Positions 51,979 through 64,000 of a DNA stretch of 64,000 bases are shown one piece after another. Source of the DNA: Oculina patagonica (lineage: Eukaryota). The number at the start of each line of letters is the position of its first letter. The first letter of the stretch is position 1. The stretch is from positions 6,820,001-6,884,000 of the forward strand of contig NC_135771.1 of the NCBI RefSeq assembly GCF_052425735.1, read 5' to 3'. The position numbers and the translations under genes were made by a program. The notes beneath the pieces are model-generated. The model worked only from the letters and a program-made list of their open reading frames with translations, was not told the origin of the DNA and made no database searches.

Positions 51979-52162
51979 CAGTAGAAACCCGGTAACTCAA
52001 ACTTGGATAACTCGAACAACCCCCTTAACTCAAGCTAACCTCGATTTCCCTTGGATTTGAACCCCCTTTTAGTCTTATTCAATCAACCCTGATAACTCGA
52101 AACCCCGCTAACACGAACTGTTTTTCGTTTTCCTTCAGAGTTCAATTACCAGGTTTCTACTG
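51979..52162. mobile_element. Tigger-like MITE
   Basis: TA|CAGTAGAAACCCGGTAA...TTACCAGGTTTCTACTG|TA, internal ATAACTCGAA repeats. Confidence 0.85.
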
Positions 52163-52761
52163 TAAATAAATAATTTATTTCTACAGCTGTATGTTAAATT
52201 GGCCTGGTTCCTAGGCAGTGATGAAAGTAACTGTTACTAAGTTTACCCAAAGAATTTGTTTGAAACACTGAATTAAACAGTTATTTTGGCAGAATTTCTG
52301 ACCGAATGATGAGATGGTGACAATATAATATTCCCCTGACTAACAATTATTTGGATCAGGTTCTGATAGAGCAGTTTTTACTAAGTGTCAAAATCATTTT
52401 TTTTTTTTTGCTTTTGAATTACTTCTACCTATATACTTGGTGTTTTGTTTAAACAACTTACATCACTTTTTTTAGCCAATCAGAACGTAAAACCTAAACC
52501 AATTGTGACTTGCTCATACACATTTTTCTGTGCTCCGTGCTTAAGACATACACTTATTTTCTTGGAGTTTTTTTGGCTCACTGGATTTTATATCCCTTTG
52601 CGGTTGACAAGAGTAATTACTTTGGTTTTGTGTTATGACACTTAATGAAAAACTGTCCTAGCCATAATTTATCTAATAATGAAAGACTAAAGGTAGGTAT
52701 ACGTACCATTATTATACATACCAAAGCCATGTTAAAGCTCCCTCAGTATTTTTATTTCCTG

Positions 52762-53000
52762 GGCTGAGTTGTTCGAAAGGCAATTAGCAATAACCCAGGA
52801 TTTAAAAATGATTAAGGTTTCCTTTTTTTTTTTTTCAACGGGTTTTCAAAAACTAATGATTTGTAAAGTTTGAGATTGGTCCACGTCAAAACTAGGGGAC
52901 AGAAAATATTAACAGAAAACCTCAACAAAATGATATAGAATTTAAATCAAATCTCACGCTAATCCTGAATTACCTTAATTGTGCTTTGAGCAACCGGGCC
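52762..53000. mobile_element. PIF/Harbinger-like MITE
   Basis: Imperfect TIRs GGCTGAGTTGTTC / GAGCAACCGGGCC with 3-bp CTG TSD. Confidence 0.6.
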
Positions 53001-53046
53001 CTGGTTGTTATAATAAACTATCATTCATTTTTCTTTTCTTTTAAAG

Positions 53047-53327
53047 GACGTACATTCTTAGAAAAAAAAATTGACCCAGTTTGAGTGGGTATGCCTGAGT
53101 ATGGTTTGTTGCAATGTCATGGATGTTGCAAAGAATACACATAGAGAGACTATGATGAACCTTAATAGTAAAGTTTGACATACATTCTTAGAAAAAAAAA
53201 ATGACCCAGCTTGAGTGGGTATGGCTATATACTAATTTAGCATGTATGGTTTGTTGCAATGTCATGGATGTTACAAGGAATACACATAGAGAGACTATGA
53301 TGAACCTTAATAGTAAACTTTGACGTA
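53047..53327. repeat. Tandem duplication of ~130-150 bp
   Basis: TACATTCTTAGAAAAAAAAA...GAACCTTAATAGTAAA occurs twice in tandem. Confidence 0.85.
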
Positions 53328-55691
53328 TGTCCACCTCTACAAAAATAGGTTTTAAGTGTGCCCAAGTTAATCATGTTATTTTTTTTAACAGACATGTTAT
53401 ACATGACTGTATGTTGACTAAAAGATGTAATCAAATTATATTAAATTATGTTAGTAATGTTTCTGTATGTGTATCTCCAGGTATCAACTATTTCTTTCTG
53501 TTTTCTTTTTTGTCTATTGTCTTTAGCCTTAACAAAAATGTTATATAATATAACATCTGTTGGGTACATGTCCAACTAAGATCGTTACCATTTCTAATTA
53601 AATGGCATCATAAGCTTTGGCTACTTAATTGTTCATCAGAGATTTGTTTCTTTAAAATGGCATTATGTAGATGAAGAATCGCTCCATATTAAATTGTCTT
53701 TGAGTAGAGCAAGAACCATCCTAAATTTCCAGGATCTAGAAAAGTTTCATCCAAATAATCTAGTCCTTTGCCAAAATGTGTTCATGCATTGTACGTGATT
53801 GTCAATATCATATGTTGCAGTACTTCACAGTACAGGCTTCCCTGAACATCTTGTTAAGACATGTAGCATACAGTCATCATAAAAGATAGCTTTCTTTGAG
53901 ATAACCGCTCATCCAAACGTCAAGCTTTAGTAAATTCTTTGTTTCAAAAACATCACATAAATGAAGGTGATTTATTGCTCCTTGTACCTTGAGCAATAGT
54001 CAGAGACATTTTTATTACTGTTTGCAGTAATAGATGTAGTTGGAATTCCATTAAGTAGCTTTCCATTTCTTGTCCTCACTGTATCAAGACTATATCATTA
54101 CTGTGGCCAGATACTGACAACCAAATCAGGCTAGCAGACATCTTGATCATTTAAGAATAGTGTGGTGCAAGCACAAAGTTTCGGCTGCGGTCTGTAATTT
54201 GAGATGATGCCTTAAAATGAGATGAATTGCAAGCTGTTGTCAAGTGGAATAAGTGCAATCAAAGTCAGCGTTGAGTTGTACAACAACTGTTTATGTGTTC
54301 TGCTTCTTCCTTGTCTGTTGTCTCCAGTCTCTAATCCAGGAGTATTCTTTTACCTCATTATTAAACTGCTATTAATGAGACTTACATGTGGAAATTAATC
54401 CTTATTACTGTAAAATTATATTTCGATGAAAGTTAGGTGTACCTAATTGGAGGTGGACATGGATAACCTGATTGTAAATTTCCATGATGGTTTGTTCCTT
54501 TATTAGTCGATACATGAGTATTGTGTTTTTTTCTTTTTTAATTTATGTATTTTTTGTCAAGATCTTAATAACTAATGTATCCTTTTATATTCCACTCTTT
54601 CATATAGTCATTAATAGTCAAATTAATTGCCTAGAATTAAAGTTATTGTTTCATAGATCCATACCATTGCAACATCCAGTTATGATTTAGATTTCACTTC
54701 AAATGTGCTGACAAAAAAAGTCAGGCCTTTGGTTTTCATTTTTCAAAACGTGCCAACAAAAAGAATTTAGGGTTTGGGTAACTATCTTTCGAGTTGGTTA
54801 ATTATACTTGCTGCTGCGTCTTATTAATACTAATGGCTGCAATATTTGCAATCTACAGTAACTGTTACTAACTTTACCCGAATAATTCTTTTGAAACACT
54901 AAAATTAAGCAGTTATTTTGGAGTACTATCTGGCAGAATGACGGGATGGTGACAATATATTGCCCTGAGCAACAAATAAATGCTGATCAAAAGCAAACCA
55001 GAGATAAAGCATACCACAAGCAAACCAGTATGAAGCTTAGCACAGGCATTGTACTTAGTGACACTTAGTCGTTTCTGCCAAATGGCATCACATTAGCACC
55101 TTAATTGAGGGAATAATTTATATTTCACTGAATAATATAAATTAAAACAATAAACAAATGTCCTTAGTTAAAGAGGTTCTAAAACTAAAAGTGAGTAGAC
55201 ATCCAACTTTGTCTGTAATTACTACTTAAGTCGCCTTCAAAAGTTTAGTTTTTAACTTGGTAGAACATTTTATCAATGTCTGTAAATAAAAGAAAAGCAA
55301 ACAATTTTAATCATCATTTCAAAAGCCAAGAATATCATATTTATTTAACACTTGCTAAACATATAAACAGTTTCAGTATTGGGGAAAGTAGAATTATATG
55401 TTAATAATAACTATCATTTGCATTAATAAATCATTAAAACTCACCATTGTTGTAATCCAGAATTTTATATATGATAAAATACACTTGTTAACTAGGTTGA
55501 CAAGACATGCTTGTATTTAGTGCTTTCTTGAAAATCCTTGATCCTTATTCCTATGATCAATAAACATATTGTATTAGTTGTATTACATTGTTCATCAGTT
55601 TTTATAATCAAGTGGAAAGTGGCTTGAACTGTAGCTAACATTTAAAAAATAATACTAAATGGCACAGCGTGCATTACAGGAGTGGTTGGTA

Positions 55692-56283
55692 TAGCCTCCC
55701 ACACAGTAAATGTTGTTCTTATGGGCGATCGTGTTTCACTCCTCACCACGAACACCTGCTTAACTGATATGCCTTTCCTCTGCTAAGCCAATAAGATTTA
55801 CCAAAATCAGGAATGTTGACCTTACCGCAAGATGCTCTTTCAAAAAAGACCAAAATAATTGGTCAGAGCTGTTAGCACTGTGTGCAGAATGTTTCACTTA
55901 AATTCATTCAGATGAAAAAAATTTTCCAATTTGCTGGCTTTGTTTAATAACTTGCTAATCGACCTTGTCCTTTGCTGCCTGACAGTTTCACCAATTTGTT
56001 GGCTATGTTGGGATTTTGCCATTTGAGAACATATATTTGGTACGTACTTCATTTATCTTTTTAAAGGCGTTTTCTCAAAGCAAATATATTGCAACCCTAA
56101 AATCGCAGAACAATCAAAACATTTGATGTCAATAATACAAAGCTAGCCTTTTAACACAACATTCAAGCTTGAGAATCGTCCAGGGGAATTAACTGGGGAA
56201 AGGAATGTTGGCCTCGGTTAAGCAGGTGTTCGTGAGGAGGAGTAAAACAGGACGACCCCTAAGGGCAACTGTGTGGGAGGCCA
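55692..56283. mobile_element. TIR-bounded element
   Basis: ~70-bp imperfect IRs TAGCCTCCCACACAG..CACGAACACCTGCTTAAC / GTTAAGCAGGTGTTCGTG..CTGTGTGGGAGGCCA. Confidence 0.6.
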
Positions 56284-56519
56284 CACAACAGTTGCTACTG
56301 TAAGAACGAAATAAGCAATCATGTGCAAGGCAAACCTTGAAGTGGATTTGTAACTCAATAAGTAAACATTTCTTTTATGCCAGAACTTCAAGGTCCCTTA
56401 CTGTAGTTTCTAAATAATTATTAAGCAATCAGAGCCCCTGCTCAATTTACGTTGTGCTTTGATTATCAAAACCATTAAAATTGTACTGACAGTTCCAACT
56501 GCCAATTAATTGTCATTGG

Positions 56520-59310
56520 GTCAATGTAGAGGCAAAGTTTCCTGTCATAGTGAAGCCCCTTTTCTTCCCTTAAGTTTCTCCCTTAAGTTTAATTGAGAAT
56601 GTATCATTAAACAGTTTCTTTAAGATGCCCCCTGTCATCATTCAAACAATCACCATTTAGTATGTCCACTGCCATATGTATTCATGCCTGCAGTAATAAA
56701 AAAAAGTTGGTCACTTAATAACTGAAAAAGAAGTTATAAAGATATTGCATCATTCAAACACTCACCATATATTGTCTCCACGGTCATTATTTCCAAAACG
56801 CTCTGCAGTAATAAGTAAAGAAATTGCTCTGATCTGCATACAATCCACAATTTTGTTAGCCCTGAAAAAGTTAACAAGTGTAGATCAAATTATTGTTCTA
56901 TAACGTAACTGAGGAAGATTCAATAGCATCTTGAAAAGTGTTTTAAAGAGCTATGGCTATGAAAAAGACATAATAATAATGATTAAATTTGTCCCTTAAG
57001 TTTAATTGAGAATGCATCACTACACATTTTCTTTAGGACCCTGCCTGCCTCAAATAATTCACACACTCACCATTGAGTATGTCCACTGTCATATGCCTTC
57101 ATACCTAGTCAGTAATCTGAGTATTTCTGTACTGCCATATGTATTGACACCTACAAAAAATCAAAAAGAAAATTAACAGTTAATCACTGGACAAGAAGTT
57201 ATAAAAATATCTGATCCAAAAACATTCACCATTGAGTGTTTGTCCACTGCTATATGCATTCATACCTGAAGCAATCAAAAAGAAGGATCAGGAAACGTCT
57301 GTGCATTATTTTGTGACTGATCTTCATACGATTGTGTTAGACCTGAAAAAGACATTATAATGATTAAATTTCTCCCTTAAGTTTAATTGAGAATGTATCA
57401 TTAAACAGTTTCTTTAAGATGCCCCCTGTCATCATTCAAACAATCACCATTTAGTATGTCCACTGCCATGTGTATTCATGCCTGCAGTAATAAAAAAAAG
57501 TTGGTCACTTAATAACTGGAAAAGAAGTTATAAAGATATTGCATCATTCAAACACTCACCATATATTGTTTCCACGGTCAATATTTCCATAACGCTCTGC
57601 AGTAATCATAAAGAAATTTCTCTGATCTGCATACAATCCACAATTGTCTTAGCCCTGAAAAAGTCAACAAATGGAGATCAAATTATTGTTCTATAACGTA
57701 ACAGAGGAAGTTTCAATAGCATCTTGAAAAGTGTTTTAAAGAGCTATGGCTATGAAAAAGACATAATTATAATGATTAAATTTGTCCCTTAATTTTAATT
57801 GAGAATGCATCACTACACATTTTCTTTAGGACCCCGCCTGCCTCAAATAATTAATAATAATCAATAATAATTAATATTTCAATGTAGAGGCAAAGTTTCC
57901 TGTCATAGTGAAGCCCCTTTTCTTCCCTTAAGTTTCTCCCTTAAGTTTAATTGAGAATGTATCATTAAACAGTTTCTTTAGGATCCCCCTGTCATCATTC
58001 AAACAATCACCATTTAGTATGTCCACTGCCATATGTATTCATGCCTGCAGTAATAAAAAAAGTTGGTCACTTTAATAACTGAAAAAGAAGTTATAAAGAT
58101 ATTGCATCATTCAAACACTCACCATATATTGTCTCCACGGTCATTATTTCCAAAACGCTCTGCAGTAATCAGTAAAGAAATTGCTCTGATCTGCATACAA
58201 TCCACAATTTTGTTAGCCCTGAAAAAGTTAACAAGTGTAGATCAAATTATTGTTCTATAACGTAACTGAGGAAGTTTCAATAGCATCTTGAAAAGTGTTT
58301 TAAAGAGCTATGGCTATGAAAAAGACATAATAATAATGATTACATTTGTCCCTTAAGTTTAATTGAGAATGCATCACTACACATTTTCTTTAGGACCCTG
58401 CCTGCCTCAAATTATTCACACACTCACCATTGAGTATGTCCACTGTCATATGCCTTCATACCTAGTCAGTAATCTGAGTATTTCTGTACTGCCATATGTA
58501 TTGACACCTACAAAAAATCAAAAAGAAAATTAACAGTTAATCACTGGACAAGAAGTTATAAAAATATCTGATCCAAAAACATTCACCATTGAGTGTTTGT
58601 CCACTGCTATATGCATTCATACCTGAAGCAATCAAAAAGAAGGATCAGGAAACGTCTGTGCATTATTTTGTGACTGATCTTCATACGATTGTGTTAGACC
58701 TGAAAAAGACATTATAATGATTAAATTTCTCCCTTAAGTTTAATTGAGAATGTATCATTAAACAGTTTCTTTAAGATCCCCCTGTCATCATTCAAACAAT
58801 CACCATTTAGTATGTCCACTGCCATGTGTATTCATGCCTGCAGTAATAAAAAAAAGTTGGTCACTTAATAACTGGAAAAGAAGTTATAAAGATATTGCAT
58901 CATTCAAACACTCACCATATATTGTTTCCACGGTCATTATTTCCATAACGCTCTGCAGTAATCATAAAGAAATTTCTCTGATCTGCATACAATCCACAAT
59001 TGTCTTAGCCCTGAAAAAGTCAACAAGTGGAGATCAAATTATTGTTCTGTAACGTAACTGAGGAAGTTTCAATAGCATCTTGAAAAGTGTTTTAAAGAGC
59101 TATGGCTATGAAAAAGACATAATTATAATGATTAAATTTGTCCCTTAATTTTAATTGAGAATGCATCACTACACATTTTCTTTAGGACCCCGCCTGCCTC
59201 AAATAATTCACACACTCACCATTGAGTATGTCCACTGTCATATGCCTTCATATCTGCAGTAATCACCACTGAGTATTTGTGTACTGCCACATATGTATTC
59301 ATGCCTGCAG
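56520..59310 (-). pseudogene. Decayed micro-exon array paralogous to 43985-46597, in a ~1.36-kb higher-order tandem repeat
   Basis: Minus strand TTACTGCAG|AGCGTT(A/T)TGGAAAT..GACCGTGGA.ACAATATATG|GTGAGTGTTTGAATGATGCAATATCTTTATAACT four times, plus 34-38-nt G-M-N-(T/A)-Y-(G/S)-S-G-type exons; CAATGTAGAGGCAAAG recurs at 56522 and 57880. Confidence 0.7.
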
Positions 59311-62300
59311 TAATCAAAAACAAAACTGGTCACTAAATAGGAGCAACTACAGAATGCAGGGCCACTTCGGTCCACCGTGTCGGCACTCTTTACGGAACGA
59401 GGCATAACACAATAGAGGCTATTCTTATTCAATGACATGCAAATAAGTGGCCCTGTGGCCGGTCGCTTCAATGCATATCCTTTCGCCGCGTGCGAGAAAA
59501 TACCAAGATTATCGCAAGTACTCAAAGGGCCGATGGCCGACCGCTTCGCATTTGTATTCACCATCACGCCAATCTCCTATTCTGCATGGATTTTTTATAC
59601 TGTTGCGGGTAACAGTTTCCAAACCCCTTGAAAACGTTGTTTTTTCTGAGAGCAAGACATTCTCCTACCTCGAGTCTTCGTCCCTTCTGCGCAGGCTTGA
59701 AGAAACGTTTCCTGACCGCTGGTCAAAGGGAACGAAGACCCTGGGTACGAGGATGAGCTGTTTTCTAAAGCCCAGACTCCTCTCTCTATTTTAAGCTTGG
59801 CTACTAAGCAGTCATCATTCGCGGATTGATTTGTACAGTTTCGTATATATCTTGTTTAGAACTGTTAATCTTTAAAAATGATATCAAGAGACCATCCAAG
59901 TCAAAGATATTGTGTACTAAAACTAAAAAGGAGGTACGACAAATGAATTTTTGCTTTTATCAGAGTTAAATATTCATATTAAACATTGCAACAACTGCCG
60001 TATCTAGTTTTGAAACCGTGCTTGTTTGTCCTTATTTGTTTGATTATTTCCTTCTTTTTTCACTTGAAGTTCAAACTTAAGTGTTTGTTTTCGAAAACGG
60101 AGCTTCAAAATAGGGGTCCGGCTTATTTCCGGTGTGGCTTAAACAGGGAACTTTATGGTATTGACTGTACCCTATCGAACCAATAAGAAACAATAACACT
60201 ACCTAGGCCTGCTTCCGGATCCATTCATGATCAATCATCAATCAAAATCTTCACCTGTATAACATTATAATTAATAGTTAGTCAGTCTTAAACTTTTTTA
60301 TGGGGTAAAGTTCATAAATATTACAGACATGGTGAGCTACCATTTATTCGCCATTACTTGTTTTGACAAAATTATTGAAAAATAATAATTAATGTCTTGC
60401 AGCTGTCTGCCTTATTTATCTGTCTTTCTGACTATGACTATAACTGGTGTTAATCATAACTGGAAAAAAGTTAAATGAGAGCAAAAAAATGTATATACAG
60501 TGTATATATATTATCGCAAGTACTATTTTTAATCTATTGTACCTGTGTTTAGCGGTGCCAATCAAAATCATTGGTACATGTCTTTGCATTCGTGACTTTT
60601 ATCTGCATACTCCACAGTTGTGTTAGGGCTGAAATAATGTAAAACATGACATTTCCTTTAGGAATCTCTGAACTGATCCTCCCTCCCCCCCCCCCCCCCC
60701 CGGAAAAAAAAATAATCCAGTGACCCTACACATGATGGGTATGGAGATGTTCAAAATCTAGTTGCCCTTAGTACGGATGGTATGGAATATCCCACCGGTC
60801 ACTTGTATTTTCTGGGTTTCACTTTAGGTGAGTGTCCATAGTTATATACATGTACCATGAGAAAGTGTTGTATACTTTTATACCATGCCACAGAAAATAC
60901 GCTTACAAAATTTCGTTGAGAATAAGATGCCAGCACAAGATGGGAAGGTTCAGTTGAATACCGTTAAATATACAACAGCTTTCCAGTATTCAGAATGCTT
61001 TATTTTTTCTATGGTATAATATAATGATACAGTACAATCTTTAAGACACATTGTTATTGAATTGTCTGTACTTACTTTTTACTTTTCTTCAGCCATTGTC
61101 CTGTCAGCTGAAAACCTTTTACTGTATAATACCGGCATATCAATTTTTTTCTCTTGCAGATAACAAGAACCAATATTTCTATAATACAAAATGAAAATTA
61201 CAATGTCAAATATTTAAATTAAATGTATTGTTGCCATTACTCATGTCAGAACACCGCCAGAAAACTGATTTAAATGTCAGGTGTTGTCATTCTACTGAGG
61301 CCTTTTCACTTGTTCTAATTTCGCAAGGATTATTGCGTACCAGAACTTCATTTTAAGTGCTGTCGCTACTTTTTGGAACATTAGTCGTCTGTCAGAAGTT
61401 ACCATCGCCAGACCTCATGAAAATAATTGGGAAATTTGTGAAACATTGCAATTTGCAAGACAACTCAGTAAATTCGGCTCTACTCACATTGTAAAAACGA
61501 AACTTTGGCCACATTCTCCTCTTCTGTTAAGACACTGACTAGATGTGGATGTATATGTTAATTTTTCTGATCACTTTGCACACCCTTGCCATTCTAAATG
61601 TTTTTTTTTTTTTTAATTTTTTAATAGATTAAACATCCAAACACTTCTCCAATAATGTTTAACTAGACTCTTTGAACTGTTGTTTCCTTTATGCTTACAT
61701 TATACAAAATCTATTTTTAGCCTTTCTAAAATAAAACAAATCTTACCTTCAAAATTATTATGGCTCCAAACATCTCTCCTATGCTCCATTTTGTGGTTGA
61801 TATAGTTGTAGAATTAAACCCAAAATTTGAATTCTGGGTACTATAACTTGTAACTTAATTGGGAAGTAGACTTAGTGAAATGATTTCAATGAGAGTTTTG
61901 AAGTAAATTTTAACATTTTATAGACAGTTAAAGTATTCACTTGATCACTATCTTCTTATTTGGCTTCCATTATCCACATTGCTTTGTTTATTTTATCAAA
62001 ATAAATTAACATTTAAGTTTTCATTGTACTTTAAGAAACTTTAACTTACAATGATTGTTTTAAGCTTGTTCATTTTTCAAAATTATTTATAAGAGGGCCA
62101 CTAGTACTGTTTCTTACATATTTTACTCAATTACTCTTTAAGTAAGGTAGGTTGTTTCATTTTTTCCTCAATATGACTCATTCAAATGAGCTAGTTGGCT
62201 CCCTGTGGCTGGCACTTACTCTCTTGTCTCAGTTGCAGATCCAGACTTAAAGGTAAATGAGGGCCCGCTCTTGAAAACAATTTTTTTTCTCAGCCCTTCA

Positions 62301-64000
62301 GGCCTCGGTTTGGCCTTAAAATAATGTGGGGGCCTGGGGCCCCTTCTCAGCCACTACTGAATGTGTGTCATCCATAAAATTCAGAAAACTACCACAGGCA
62401 TCAAACATTCATCTAGGCCAGAGGCCTTATCAAATGACAAAAAGTGAGTGTGTAGTTTGGTAAACTTTGACAAAATAAAAATGTTCCTTTATACTAAAAT
62501 TAATTATTTTATAGCTGTAATATTTACAGTAATAATTTGCTGACAAAGCTGAAGGCCAATTTGACTAATTAAAAATGACATGATATTTCTGATGATGGAG
62601 CAGAATTATTGTGTCCTTATTCAACAATAATATTGGTTAATGGGAGACATTTTGCAGCAAAGAAAACTTTTTTAAGGCAGCGCTTTGTGCTACTTTGGAC
62701 AAATTTTAAAAGATGTATTGTAAAATATAGTAAAATGTTGACCATCTTTATTACCAGCACGTGCATTTGTTGAATAACAAATTTATTTATAAAAGGTTGT
62801 CATTTTGCAATATTAATATAATAAAACAAAAGTGAAGCAAACTCTACCACTAGTGCATAACATATTATTATCACCTTTTTTCTGAATTTTATGGATATCC
62901 AACATTTCAGAATCATCATTCTTGTTCAACACTTGCTCAAACCAGAGCGGGCATCTGCATAGCAATGTACTGGTGGCTGCCATCGCTCCATTACAGGTGT
63001 AAATGGGGTATGTCTATAATTTGTCAGTAAAGCATACGCAAGGATCACAGGGAACAGACTGTAAATTTACTGACTTGAACTAGCTAAGTTCGGCACAGTG
63101 AAATTTTCAATTATACTGAATTTTTTAACTAGATAAAAAATATTGTTTATCCTTGAAGCCCTTTAAAATTGTGACCGTAAAAAAAGTAAAGAATAAAAAG
63201 TCAAGTTCCCTTCAAAGCCTTTTAGTGAATTATAGCTTGTCATACATTTAATCAGATATCTGGCTTTGATTACAGTAAACCCCATTTACACCACCCTGTA
63301 ATCTCACACAGGGGAACTGGCATCGGCCACGGGTGAAGCCATTTGCTCGGTGTAATACAGAGCTGGCCTCAGTTGCAAGTGTATCTATCGCCATCGCTCA
63401 ATGTCAAATTAAAATGACAGAACTGGCAAACAGTACCAATGGCTCATGCTGTCTGGTAAATTCTCTCAACATCACTCCAAAAAAATTCACAAAATACATA
63501 ACACTCCCTGTAGTAATAACTCTTTACAGTCATTCCCCAGTATTGCATTGTACATCCCTACCGCGCATAATTCCAATACATGATTTTTTATGAGTTGTTT
63601 TTAATTAAGTAGTAGCTTTCTATCTTTAGAATTTATATATTGTCAGTGTTTAATAAAAAAACGATTGTCGGAAACATGAATTTTGCGAGCAATTGTTATT
63701 AAAAAAAAAATAGTGATATTATAAGAATTTATTGGGTATTAACAAGGTGCTGTTGCTACTAGTGGGCACCCATCTACCCCCATTTTCATTTTAACGTTTA
63801 AGTTCCCACATGCATGACATAAACAATCAACAAACACTTGGACAGTAAACAAAGTATGCAAAGTACTGTAAACATTAAAAATGTGTTTAAATTAGATTTT
63901 TGGTTCTTGTAGAAATAGTATTGCGACCACGCGATTAGAAAAGAAAATAATGATTTCTTTACGTATTTTGTGAATTTCATGGTCACGGTGATGGATTACC

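Overview
Repeat-rich, AT-rich eukaryotic genomic DNA with spliceosomal introns. The SINE/MITE/Penelope families suggest an anthozoan, probably a stony coral (inference). A 500-N scaffold gap at 40996-41495 splits the window. Left of the gap: three paralogous carbohydrate sulfotransferase genes (CHST11/HNK-1ST-like, Sulfotransfer_2), each with two coding exons and each damaged differently (Helentron-type insertion; 1-bp frameshift; frameshift plus dead acceptor plus 72-bp deletion). Their upstream regions carry a head-to-head inverted copy of a putative 5' UTR exon. Also present are SINEs, MITEs, two minisatellites, a Penelope GIY-YIG remnant and hammerhead-ribozyme motifs. Right of the gap is the main finding, largely missed by the ORF track (only fragments appear): an apparently intact 14-coding-exon gene (43620-47672, +, 201 aa) built from tandemly amplified exon+intron modules. 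Eleven phase-1 micro-exons (33, 36 or 63 nt) encode (D/E)(R/H)YGNN(G/D)RGNN repeats, followed by a basic exon and a CCHC zinc knuckle. A convergent, decayed array (about 56520-59310, -) reuses the same intron scaffold with partly different micro-exon cargo.
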